The position numbers and the translations under genes are program-made. A DNA stretch of 64,000 bases from contig NC_086097.1 of assembly GCF_963921235.1 (NCBI RefSeq), positions 14,632,001-14,696,000 of the forward strand, read 5' to 3'. This DNA comes from Mobula hypostoma (lineage: Eukaryota). This document shows positions 49,749 through 61,380 of this stretch, piece after piece (position 1 is the stretch's first letter; each line of letters begins with the position of its first letter). The notes under the pieces are model-generated. The model had not been told where the DNA came from and did not search any database. It saw nothing but the letters and a program-made list of their open reading frames with translations.

Positions 49749-50319
49749 GCAGAAAGATACAGATGGGGATACAGGTTTAGAAGCAGATCAGGGATTTAAG
49801 AAGCTGCTTACAGAACAATATAACTTGGCGACAGGCTGGCAACAGCCTGATGACCTGAACAGAGCTTTCCTGTGTTACAGCTCACCGGCTGGAACCATGG
49901 TATCATGACCTTGGACCAACCCAGTTCTACCAATTCCCTTATCAGTATCATAGCAAGGATTGTAAAGCTTAAACAGGGAAGGAAATCAAATAATCTTAGA
50001 GAACACCAATAAAATTTACAGAGTGCATTGACCTTTGGGTTTATGATGCCAATTTATTCCTCCACAACAGGACCATCTTTTAATTCTCCCTTTTGCCCTC
50101 TCCCTACACAGTGTGGTAACTATTTGACGGTGCATTTTTCCTCAATGCAGTAGCCCCTATTGACTCCTATTGTTAAAAAAAGGCACCCATCAAAGGTGGA
50201 CAGAGCAGCAGTAGGGGGTAGCCATAGTTTTACTGCTGTCTTTGTCTGTGTGTTATTGCCCAGAAGTTTAATTAAAGTTTCCATTGTTGTACATTTACCA
50301 CAGTTACCTCAATCCCAAC

Positions 50320-51430
50320 ACATCACCACCATCAATACCAGCCTACCCGCTGTCAAGGATATACATACAGAAAGGTACCAGAAAAGAGTCAGTAACATCG
50401 TGAAGAATCCCACCCGCCCTGCTCATGGACTGTTTATCCCACTTGTATCAGAAGGCGGTTACGTAGCATCCATGCCAGGACCACCAGACTCAAAAACAAT
50501 TACTTTCCCCAAGCAGATTGGCTCATCCAAACCTCCACCCACAACCCCACCCCTCCACACCCCCACCACCACTACTTTATCATTTCTTGTTGAAGTAAGA
50601 AGTCATACAGTGCTTCGGCCTTCAACAACCGTGGGATTGAGTTCAAGAGCCAGGAGGCAATGTTACAGCTATCTAGGACCCTGGTGAGACGCCACTTGGA
50701 GTACTGTGCTCAGTTCTGGTCACCTCACTACAGGAAGGATGAGGAAACTACAGAAAGGGTGTTGAAGAGATTTACAAGGATGTTGCCTGGATTGGGGAGT
50801 ATGCCTTATGAGAATAGGTTGAGTGAACTTGACCTTTACTCCTTGGAGTGATGGAGGATGAGAGGTGACCTGATAGAGGTGTATAAGATGATGAGAGGCA
50901 TTGATTGTGTGGATAGTCAGAGGCTTTTTCCCAGGGCTGAAATGGCTAACACAAGAGGACACAGTTTTTAGGTGCTTGGAAGTAGGTACAGAGGAGATGT
51001 CAGGGGTAAGTTTTTTACGCAGAGAGTGGTGACTGCATGGAATGGGCTACCGGTGATAGTGGTGGAGGCGGATACGATAGGGTCTCTTAAGTGACTCCTG
51101 GATAGGTACATGGAGCTTAGAAAAATAGAGGGCTATGGGTAACCCTAGGTAATTTCTAAAGTAAGTACATGTTCAGCACAGCGTTGTGGGCTGAAGAGGC
51201 TGTATTGTGTTGTAGGTTTTCTATTATTCACCTCACATATGGATGATCCAGTGCCTAGCGTCATGTTATAGACATACAACCAATCTGTGTATATAAGCTA
51301 TCTTACGGATTTCTATTTAGCATGATTTTTTTATTATTGTGTTCTTATCTCTTTTTGAGCTGCATTGGACCTGGAGTAACAATTATTTTGTTCTCCTTTA
51401 CACTGGAAATAACATTAAACAATCTTGAAT
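50320..51430 (+). mobile_element. Rex1/Babar 3' fragment with nested CR1 (~50628-51226)
   Basis: CR1 ORF LVRRHLEYCAQFWSPHYRKD..ERVLKRFTRMLPGL. Confidence 0.8.
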
Positions 51431-51692
51431 CACTGTCGCTCAGCTGATGACACATTTTACGCTGAGGCAACAGGTCTGTGTCTTGCCCCAGAGGTTTACA
51501 ATGAGGCGTTTATAATCCGGTGCCAAGAGAGTGCCACATTGTGAAAGGTGCTGCCTTTCAGGTAAGTGTGAGAAATCCCAGGTAAAAGAACATACAGTCA
51601 TATAGCACAGGAGCAGGCACTTAGGCCTAACTGGTCCACGCCAAAAAAGATTCCCAACTGAGCCTGACCCATTTGTCTGGATACCTTTAGGT

Positions 51693-51769
51693 CAGGGGTC
51701 CCAACTTTTTTATGCCATTGACCAATGTCATTAACAAGGGGTCCGTGGTCTCCAGGTTGGAAACCCCTG
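51693..51769. mobile_element. 77-bp hAT (Charlie-like) MITE
   Basis: TIRs caggggtcccaac / gttggaaacccctg; perfect 8-bp TSD ctttaggt at 51685-51692 and 51770-51777. Confidence 0.85.
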
Positions 51770-51904
51770 CTTTAGGTAAAAGAAACAACATCATGAAGTG
51801 GCTGTTATTTCATTAGCGCTTATGGGAGCTTGCTATGTCCAAGTTGGCAGCCACGTTTCCCTCAACTTTGTCAAGGGTTTAAATAGACACAGCATACTCA
51901 GAAT

Positions 51905-51985
51905 CTGGCTGACCTGTTGAGTTCCTCCAGCATTTTGTGTGTGTTGCTTGGATTTCCAGCATCTGCAGATTTTCTTGTGTTTGTG
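51905..51985 (+). mobile_element. Penelope terminal 3' fragment
   Basis: gagttcctccagcattttgtgtgtgttgcttggatttccagcatctgcagatttt. Confidence 0.7.
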
Positions 51986-52714
51986 ATATTCAGTAAAGTG
52001 CTTCGGGAAGGCCAGAGGTCATGTGATTTAAATGTAAGTCCTCGCTTCTTATTAGAATTGGCTTTGGATTGTAAATGTGCATTCCGCACATTGACCTGAA
52101 ACATGAACTCTTCCTGCCAAACCAACTATCGACTTTCAGACCTTGCTGCCTTTATTCCAGATTGGCGCTTGGGTTTTGGATTGTAACTCGGAGTGAAATA
52201 GTTTCTCTGCTCCAGGATCTCTTCGCTGCGGAGAGTGATTCTTTGTTCCTGTTCATTGTGTCAGCATGACCCAGACTGACTGTGGTATCTCACCTACAGT
52301 TACTGCCTTTGTATTGCCACCTGTGTAGATGAGAGTCACCTCAACCAAATAAATTTATCAGCAGTAGCTTGGCAGAGCTTTCACCTTATATTTCACAAGG
52401 GAAAGCTGAGCAGAGATAAACAAATAAAGCTGGTTAGTCACAAGCAGTTGTTCAAAGAACAGTGGAAAATATATTTGCAATTATACCTGCCTGGGATCCT
52501 TCATGCAATGGGACTTAAAAGGCTCAATGCTTGAAAACTATATGTAAATTATTGAGACAGCTGTATGTTCCAGTATTGTGGAAGTCAAACCAACTGCTTC
52601 AATAACTTAGTGCCTTTAATGTGGAGGAACTATCTCAAGCGGCTTCATATAAATATAATTGAGATAAGATACAATCCCCAGCATCATCAGAAAGTTCTCT
52701 CTGTAGTACCCTAT

Positions 52715-52988
52715 ACACAAGACATTCTGCAGATGCTGGAAATCTAGAGTAACACACACAAAGTGCTGGTGGAACTCAATAGATCAGGCAGCGTCTATGG
52801 AATCAACAGTTGACGCTTTGGGCCAAGACCCTTCATCAGGACTGGAAAGGAAGAGGGAAGAAGCCAGAATAAGAAGGTGATAGATGTGTACTCCTTCCCT
52901 TCCCTCCACTTTATTCTGGATTCTTCCCCCTCCTTTCTAGACGCGATGAAGGGTCTCGGTCCAAAATGCCATCTATTTATTCCTCTGT
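52715..52988. mobile_element. Fold-back Penelope terminal-repeat element, older subfamily
   Basis: Inverted arms with two decayed hammerheads (~52807-52845 minus, ~52940-52975 plus). Confidence 0.7.
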
Positions 52989-53314
52989 GATATCACCTAA
53001 CTCTACAGAGTGCCTGCTGCCAAAGCCCTCACTTGAGCCCTACTTGCAATACACTTGGTTGACCCCTATTTTCTACTCCCTTGCTGCCCATGTCCTAGCT
53101 TACATTAAGTCCAGTTTAACGACCACCTCATTGGGATCCAGGTTAAGCAGCAATTTTGCATGGACCATCCTTGTTTTCGAGTCTGATCATGGCTTCTCCA
53201 CTCTGTATCTCATCCAGCACTGCAATATCAGAACTCCTCCAAATATGGATTCACGATATTCCCTGAAGGTCGTGATTGCGTTACTGGATACTGTACCTTT
53301 TGCTACCAAGGCTA

Positions 53315-54123
53315 ATGACTTAGATTTAGATTTATTTATCACAAGGACATCAAAATATACAATACAATGCACCAATTGCGTTAACAACCACCACACCCAA
53401 GGATGCGATGTGGGCAGCCTACAAGTATTGTCTCACATTCCAGTGCCAACAATGTTTTGTAGAACAGCACAGAACAAAACTGAACACAACAAGGGACAAA
53501 GCAGCAACAGCAAACCAAGCCCCGTTCCTCACTCCCACCCACCCACACTCATACACAGACTCCTAACCCCAGGACAGATCACCTTCAGCTCAGTGGAAGG
53601 AGTGAGACATTTTAAGTCAATATCTCTGAGGATGTCACCTGGACCCAGCCCACCGATGCAGCTACAAAGAAGGTATGATGGCAGGTACATTTCATTAGTT
53701 GTTTGAGAAGATCTGGTGTGTCACCTAGCACACTCACAAATTTCTACAGATGCCCCGTGGAGAGAATTCTAACTGGCTACTGCACAGGACAAAGTAACCT
53801 GCAGAGAGTTGTCAGCTCCATCTTGGGCACTAGCCTCCGTAGTATCCAGGACATCTTCAAGGAGTGATGCCTCAAAAAGACCCCATCATGCCTTGTTCTC
53901 ATTGTTATCATCAGGGAGGAGGTACAGAAGCTCGAAGGCACACACTCAGTGATTCAGGAACAGCTTCTTCCCCTCTGCCACTCGATCTCTGAATGGACAT
54001 TGAACCCTTGGACACAACCTCACTACTCTCTTACCTTTTTTTTGTCTCTACTTATTTAATTTAACTGCCACAAAGACAACAAATTTCACAACATATGCCG
54101 GCGATATTAAACCTGATTCTGAT
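53315..54123. mobile_element. Repeat remnants including a Rex1/Babar 3' fragment (+, ~53600-54123)
   Basis: ttctacagatgccccgtggagagaattctaactggct (FYRCPVERILTG); tail attaaacctgattctgat. Confidence 0.7.
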
Positions 54124-54449
54124 TAATCACCATAGGTCTCCCTGCCCCTGAACTTTCCTCTAGATTCTCCTACATACATCCTGTCTGACTAAGCTTTTAT
54201 CCCAAAACATGGCTCAGAGTCAGGTTTTCATTGCTAACATCCTTGTAGTCTGTCCATGACTGCTCAAGGTGGAGAAGATGATCCATGATAAGAAACATGT
54301 TGAAGCCCTGGGTAGGCAGCAAGAGTACACTAAACTTCAACCTACAAAAGGCACCTCCTGAAAATTTAGCACACTGGCCTTGTCAGCCATCGCAGGACCC
54401 AGAAAAATATTTTTGGAAGCAAATCACCCTTGACTCCAAAGAACTGCTT

Positions 54450-54897
54450 AGATTAGATCATGAAGACACGTAGTCCTCTTTCATTGTCATTTAGTAACGC
54501 ATGTATTCAGAAATGATATATTATTTCCTCTGGTGTGATATCACAAAACACAGGACAGACCAAGACTGAAAAAACTGACAAAACCAAATAATTATAACAT
54601 ATAGTTACAAACAGTGTAACAGTACCATAACTTGATGAAGAAGTCCGTGAGCACAGTAAAGTTCAAAATTTCTCAAATGTCCCACCTCTCATGCAGACGG
54701 GAGAAGGAAGAAAAACTCTTCCTGGCATGCCGACCACAGTCCAACTCTGAGTCATCCGAAAACTTCGAGTTCTGATCAGCTCTCCAACACCGAGTACTGA
54801 GCGCCATCTCTGTCTGAACGATTCAACCTCCTTCTCAGTCACCAAAAGCAGGCAAGGCCGGGGATTTTGAGGCCTACCCTCCGAAAGATTCCCGACT
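54450..54897 (-). mobile_element. Unclassified non-coding retroposon with LINE-type tail
   Basis: ttagattaga..ctttcattgtcatt tail, AT-rich 3' half and CpG-rich 5' half; family not identified. Confidence 0.4.
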
Positions 54898-55407
54898 TAA
54901 GAGAAGTATCTTGCGGCATTTATTGTTCATCAATCGTTAATCGGCATTGTAATCAGGCTTTCTTAGCTTCCTAGCTTTGTGTCAGTGGATCCAATTTCTG
55001 ACTGGTTTAACTCCTCAGAATCCCTTGCAGAAACCTGTAGGTGTTGGAAACATGAATTGGCAGCACTACTATTCCTGGCACTATTTGAACATTGAGGACA
55101 TCTTCAAAAGGCGGTGCCTCAGGAAGGTATCGTCCATTATTAAGAACCATCACCATCCCGGACACGCTGTCTTCTCATTACTACCCTCAGAGGTATAATG
55201 GTCCAAGTGACCTTCTTCTGAGGTATACCGTACCTATCAATGATTGTTTGAAGGTGACTGTTGTCCAACAGGCATTGGTTGGTAGGGTTAGAGTTGCTTC
55301 AGAGGTCTGCCCACCATCACTGCTACAGAATCTACATCATCCAGTGCAAGCTGAACAACAATGAACTTTCCTGAGGAGCTCTTTTCCTACGAAGCTAATT
55401 ATGGTGG

Positions 55408-55786
55408 TTGGGTGGCAGCGTAGAGATGCGTCTCTACTAAAGGAAATGTTCCTTCTCCTCCACTAACCTGCAGGTCACCTTTGGACAAGGTGTAGCACCT
55501 GCTTAGTCCCCCAGTCAGGGTCACGTGAAGCCAGGGGAGCAGGTGGTTGATGGCCGTATGAACAACTGGTGCATATCACAAGTCCTGGTTACCTGACAAC
55601 TGACGCCAAGCAGACAACTTCTGAAGAGCATTGATAATGGCTGGGGTCCCCAATCTTGTAAAGGCACTGCCCAAAAGAAGGCAATGGTAACCCACTTCTG
55701 TAGAAAAACCTGCCAAGAACAATCATGGTCTTGGAAAGAGCATGATCGTCCAAGTCATAGAACACAGCACATACGGAACAAATGAA
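55408..55786 (+). mobile_element. RTE-derived (Bov-A/Sauria-like motif) non-autonomous element, family C
   Basis: agaaggcaatggtaacccacttctgtag..tgccaagaacaatcatgg; second copy at 61000-61380. Confidence 0.65.
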
Positions 55787-55864
55787 TTACAGTGGAGCAG
55801 GTGTTCAGGAAGAAGCAGCTGGCTGAAGGGCCTTTGAAAGTCACGAGGGGAGCAGAACTCAAGA

Positions 55865-56195
55865 GTGGCACAGCAGGGAGGCTCGTTGGGCTGCTGCCTC
55901 CGAGCTCCAGAGACCCGTGTTCAAACCTGGCACCTGGTGCCGTCCAGGTGGAGTTTACATCTTCTCCCCGCGACCATGTGGGTTTCCCCTGGGTGAACGA
56001 GTTTTCCCTGGGTGCTCCTCATCCCGAAGACATGTGGGCTGGTAGGATAACTGGATATAATGAGCTACCTCTCGTGTATGGAGTGGGGCAGGTGAGTAGG
56101 TTGTGAGAAGAATGAAAAATTGTATTAGTATTAATGGGTGCTCAATGGCTAGTATAAACTCAGTTGGCCGAATGGCCTGCATCAATGCTACATGA
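55865..56195 (+). mobile_element. V-SINE (HE1-like)
   Basis: B-box-like gtgttcaaacctg; V-domain gtggagtttacatcttctccccgcgaccatgtgggtttcc; CR1-like tail ggccgaatggcctg. Confidence 0.7.
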
Positions 56196-56417
56196 ATGTA
56201 TAACCCTAAGTTAACCTACATTGTAAAAAGACTGGAATATGTTGGGTAAATGTTGATCAGTATTAGCTTTTATAAAGAAACCCAGATGAAGTAGCTGATC
56301 CACATTGTATTCTAGCAATTATTTGATAGTGGTGTCCAAATTTAAAAATTTCTATGTTCTGACACTTGAGGAACTTGTTTGGAGAATTAGGAGATAGTCG
56401 AATAGGAAAGAAAGGAA

Positions 56418-56435
56418 CTGCTGCCATCTAGTGTC
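56418..56435 (-). promoter_or_regulatory. Candidate CTCF site
   Basis: Minus strand GACACTAGATGGCAGCAG versus consensus CCACTAGATGGCAGCA, in non-repeat sequence. Confidence 0.55.
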
Positions 56436-56469
56436 AGAAGTGTGGTAATTTTGCTGATTACCGAATTAA

Positions 56470-57780
56470 TCAGAGTCAAAATCAGGTTTATAATCACTGA
56501 TAATCATTCAAGAAATGTATTGCTTGTGGCTGCAGTATCGTGAAAGACATCAATATTACTATAAGGTACAAATAAATCAATAGCGCAAAAGAGGAATAGT
56601 GAGGTGGTGGTCATGACTTCAAGGACCATTCAGATTTCTGATGGTGGAGGGAAGGAAGCTGTTTCTAAAACGTTGAGAGTATGTCTTCCTCTCTGATGGT
56701 AGTAATGAGAAGAGGGCTTGTTCAGGATGGTGAGGGTCTTTAATGATGGGTCATGCCTTCCTGAGGCATTGCCTTTGGACAATGTCCTCAATGTTGGGAG
56801 GGCTGGAGCTGGCTCAGCCTATAACCCTCCTGCAACCTCTTTCAATTCTACCCATTGGGGCCTCCACACTAGGCAGAGATGCAACCAGTTAGAAAGCTCT
56901 TCATGTTAAATCTAGAAATCTTCTGGAGTCTTTGGTGCGTACCAAATCTGCTCAACCTCCTAACATACAAACGTAGTCGTAGTCACAGTCATAGTCATAC
57001 GTTACTGATCCCGAGGGAAATTGGTTTGCTTTACAGTTGCACCATAAATAATTAAATAGTAATAAACCCATAAATAATTAAATAGTAATATATAAATTAT
57101 GCCAGGAAATAAGTCCAGGACCAACCTATTGGCTCAGGGTGTCTGACCCTTCAAGGGAAGAGTTGTAAAGTTTGATGGCCACAGGCAGGAATGACTTCCT
57201 ATGACGCTCTGTGTTGCATCTCGGTGGAATGAGTCTCTGGCTGAATGTACTCCTGTGCCCACCCAGTACATTATGTAGTGGATGGGAGACATTGTCCAAG
57301 ATGGCATGCAACTTGGACAGCATCCTCTTTTCAGACACCACCGTCAGGGAGTCCAGTTCCATCCCCACAACATCACTGGCCTTACCAATGAGTTTGTTGA
57401 TTCTGTTGGTGTCTGCTACCCTCAGCCTGCTGCCCCAGCACACAACAGCAAACATGATCGCACTGGCCACCACAGACTCGTAGAACATCCTCAGTATCGT
57501 CCAGCAGATGTTAACAAAGTAGAGCTGCTGGCATGCCTTCTTCATGATTGTGCCAATGTGCTGGGTCCAGGATAAATCCTCAGAGATGTTGACACCCAGG
57601 AATTTGAAGCTGTTCACTCTTTCCACCACTGCCCCTCAATGAGGACTGGTATGTGCCCTTCTGACTTCCCCTTCATGATGTCTACAGTCAGTTCCTTGGT
57701 CTTTTTGAGTGCAAGGTTGTTGTGATATCATTCAACCAGCTGATCTATCTCACTCCTGTACACTTCCTCATTACCATTTC
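56470..57780 (-). mobile_element. Rex1/Babar LINE with a second, younger Rex1 family nested at ~56966-57511
   Basis: Chimeric ORF 57126-57629; the insert has its own (gactat)n-type tail. Confidence 0.85.
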
Positions 57781-57910
57781 TAAAAACATAAATTCACTTT
57801 CAATAAGGGTGGTAACTCACCCTCTGGATATTTATGGAGGTTAGCTTTAGTTAGATTTCACTACGGGTAAGTAAGCAGTTCAGGACCGATTAGTTTCAAA
57901 TACCATCTTC

Positions 57911-58330
57911 AGTCCTCCAAGAGGACCCCAACTTTGTCATTGAGTTTAGAGGCTTGCATGCCTCCATGACCCGGAGAGCTATGTTGGCTGGAGTCAGGGC
58001 TTCGTGCTTTGGCTCTTGATAGGGTCACCCATGCCAAACAGGTCAAAGAGTAGAGGCCAGGCTAAGGGAGATCCACCGGTCCTCCAGGTTTGGGGGTTCA
58101 GCTCAGGTCTAACAACCCTGAACGGTCAAACAAAACCACTACAGGAGCAGCAGTGAAGCATCCTTCTACATTTGAGTGCGACGGTATTCCTGACACTCCA
58201 CCTGGAACTTGCATGACTGCAGTAGTGAAAACCAAGCTACTGACACAATGAAGGAAGCCCTGAATCCCTCCTGACATGGAGGATTTGCATTGCTGCCCTA
58301 AGCACCAGCAGCGTAATGGGCAGAAAGTAC
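57911..58330 (+). mobile_element. Bipartite RTE-derived non-autonomous element, family B
   Basis: atgacccggagagctatgttggc..agggtcacccatgccaaacaggtc (RTE 5'UTR) joined to ttgctgccctaagcaccagcagcgtaatgggcag (RTE 3' end). Confidence 0.65.
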
Positions 58331-59024
58331 TACCTTCAGTATCTCCCCCCAGGTTTAAAAACCCTTCATTTCCAGTTGTGACATCTATATAGAGTAATAC
58401 AGCACAGAAGCAGGTCCTTCAGCCTTACCCATCCATGATGCCCAGCTTAGCTCGTCTCATTTGCCTGCACTTCGCCCATTTCCTCCTAAACCTTTCCTAC
58501 ATGCTTTATCACTTGGAGAACACCTAGGCTTGGGCTGGAAAGCAGATAGCAAGCTTCATGTCAGATGCTGACTATCTTCAAAAAACAAACAAGAGACACA
58601 AATTCCATCCAGGCACTTATCTACAATATTATCACCAGATATGTCCTGAGGGTTGCCATTGACCAGAGGAGGAGCTGGGCCAGATAGCTGAATACAGCTG
58701 AAATTGCTGCCTCAGCAGAGCAGCATATTCTGTAGTTAAATGAGGCTCCAAAATTTCTCAACCACCAACAAGGCACTAATCTGGAGGCTGATGGCATAAT
58801 CTTCACTCACTGTGTTGGGAGCAGCTGTAACTACACACAAGAGTCTACTATCTAGGATAACAGAATCTGTTGAATTGGCTGTTCGCCACTCTTCCTCTTA
58901 AACATGAAGCCTTTGTGTTGCTGGCATATCATGGCTGCAGATCTACTGTACCTCAGGCATGGCGACAAGAGCCCAGTGCTACCTCAACAGCATATCCCAA
59001 CCTTTCAGCTTATTTATTCATTCA

Positions 59025-60020
59025 TAAAGCTGAGGGTTTATAAGGCATTGGTCAGACTGCACTCAGAGTATTGTGAGCAGTCTTGGATCCCATATCCAAG
59101 AAAGCATGTGCTACCATTGGAGAAGGTCCAGAGGAGGTTCATGAGAATGATCCTGGGAATGAAAGGGTTAACATATGAAGAGTGTTTAATGGCTCTGGGT
59201 CTGTACTTTGCTGGAGTTTAGAAGAACATGGGGGAGGGAGAGGGGATCACATTGAAATCTATTGAATATTGAAAGGCCGAGACACCCAAACCCTGAAAAG
59301 TTGCAGCATAACCTCCCTGCTCTTAAATTCAGTCCCTCTAGCAATGAAGGCCTACATTCTGTTTGCCTTCTTGATAGCCTGCTGCACCTGCAAACCACCT
59401 TTTCCCAAAGAGTGGTGAATCTGTGGATTTTTCTGCACAATGAAGCAATAGAGGCTACCTCAGTAATTATGTTTAAGACAAGGTCGGGTAGATTTTTGCA
59501 TAGTAGGGGAATTAAGGGTTATGGGGAAAAGGCAGGTGGGTGGAGGTGAGTCCATGGTCAGATTACCCATAATCTTATTGAATAGTGGAGAGCATTTGGC
59601 AGGCCAGATGGCCTACTCCTGCTCCTATTGCTTATGTTCTTATATTCTTATGTTCTTAAGAGATAGAGTGGATGAGGAGATGTTGTATCCTACAGTGGGG
59701 AAAACTAGGACCAGAGGGCACAGCCTCAGAATAGAAGGATATCCCTTTAGTGCAGAGATGAAGAGGAATTTCTTTAGCCAGAAGATAGTGAACTTGTGGC
59801 ATTGATCACCACAGACGACTGTGGAAGCCAAGTCACTGGGTATGTTTAAAGCGGAGGTTGATAGGTTCTTGACTTAGCAAGGGCATCAAAGGTTAAAGGG
59901 AAAAGGCTACAGGACGATTGGGCTTGAGAGGGATAATAAACCATCCATGATGGAATGATGGAAATGACCAAATGGGCCGAATGGCCTAATTCTGCTCCGA
60001 TGTCTCAGGCCTTATGGTCT
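59025..60020 (+). mobile_element. CR1 LINE with nested, 5'-inverted CR1 of another family (~59285-59657)
   Basis: ORF YKALVRLHSEYCEQSWIPYPRKHVLPLEKVQRRFMRMI; the nested copy ends tatgttcttatattcttatgttctta. Confidence 0.8.
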
Positions 60021-60294
60021 TATTCACAGGACATGCATATCACCGAGAAGGGTTGCATTGATTATGCTATGCCATTTCAGGGGCAATTCGGAGCCAGTTC
60101 TCGCACTTACTATAATAGGCGAGCACTCATACATAGACAGACCAGACCAGGTAAAGACGTCAAACTTCCTTCTCTTGCACGCATTAAATGAACCAGACAG
60201 GTTTTCACAACAGTGACAGTTTGGTGGTCATCATAACAAGTAGTAGCTTTTAATTACCAGATTTGTATTTCATGAGCTGGATTGAAGTTGTGGA

Positions 60295-60590
60295 TGGACG
60301 GTATGGTAGTGTAGCGACCAGCGCAATCGTTTTGCGTTGCTGGCTGTCATGAGTCAGGGTTCGATTCCCGTTACCACCTGTAAGGCATTGGTACGTTCTC
60401 CCTATGACTGCATCGGTCTGCTATGGTTACCTGCCGCATTCCAAAGGTGTACTGTACTATTAGGGTTAGTGAGTTGTGAGCATGCTCTGTTGGCGGCAGA
60501 AGTGTGGCAATACTTGCAGACTGCCCACAGCAGTTTGCTGTATGTTTTGATGTGTATGTGAGAAATAATGCTGATCTCTTTAAATCTTTA
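60295..60590 (+). mobile_element. Degenerate tRNA-derived SINE (V-SINE-like head)
   Basis: tggtagtgtagcg A box, gggttcgattcc B box, degenerate V-domain. Confidence 0.55.
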
Positions 60591-60716
60591 AGTTTCCAGC
60601 TGCTGTGGTGTGATTTAAACAACTCCAGGTATTTAGTTCAGATCTCTAGATTACCTGTAACATCGACACTTTATGGCACCCACAATAGCACTTAAAAGGA
60701 ACAGATGCATTAAGTG

Positions 60717-60902
60717 CGCAAACACGAGGAAATCTGCAGATGCTGGAATTTCAAGCAACACACATAAAAGTTGCTGGTGAACGCAACAGGCCAGGCAGCA
60801 TCTCTAGGAAGAGGTACAGTCGACGTTTCGAGCCGAGACCCTTCGTCAGGACTAACTGAAAGAAGAGCTAGCAAGAGATTTGATAGTGGGAGGGGGAGGA
60901 GG
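60717..60902 (-). mobile_element. Short Penelope terminal-repeat insertion, young subfamily
   Basis: 14-bp TSD agatgcattaagtg at 60703-60716 and 60903-60916. Confidence 0.88.
60818..60853 (-). ncRNA. Minimal type I hammerhead ribozyme motif
   Basis: AGTC CTGACGA A GGGT-CTCG-GCTC GAAA C GTC^ GACT. Confidence 0.75.
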
Positions 60903-60999
60903 AGATGCATTAAGTGGCTATGTTTCTTCTTTAAAAATTATCCATGTTTCAACGATGAAGTAAAGTAATGTAAATTTATTATCAAAGTACATATAGGTC

Positions 61000-61380
61000 A
61001 GGGTGACGGAGTGGAGATACATGTCTCTACCAAAGGAGGTGTAAGGCCCTCTTTCCATCCACTAGCCTGCAGGTCACCCTTGAGCAAGGTGTAGCTGCTT
61101 CTCCCCCCCACCCCCCCCCGTCTCCCACTCAGGGTCACGTGAAGCCATGGGAGGATGGTGGCTGGTCGTATGAGCAGCTGGTGCATATCTCAAATCCTGG
61201 TTATGCCACCACTGATGCCAGGCAATCTCTGATGAGTATTGATAATGTCTGGAGTCACCCGTCTGGTAAAGACACTGCCCAGAAGAAAGCAGTGGGAAGC
61301 CACTTCTGTAGAGAACAATCATGGTCAAAGACCGTGACCGTCACGTCATCCAGCACTGCACAGAATGGTGATAACGATGG
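61000..61380 (+). mobile_element. RTE-derived non-autonomous element, family C
   Basis: Colinear with 55408-55786. Confidence 0.65.

Noticed and set aside
52966..53706. 246-aa plus-strand ORF
   Set aside because: Runs across unrelated repeat remnants; no domain or splice support.
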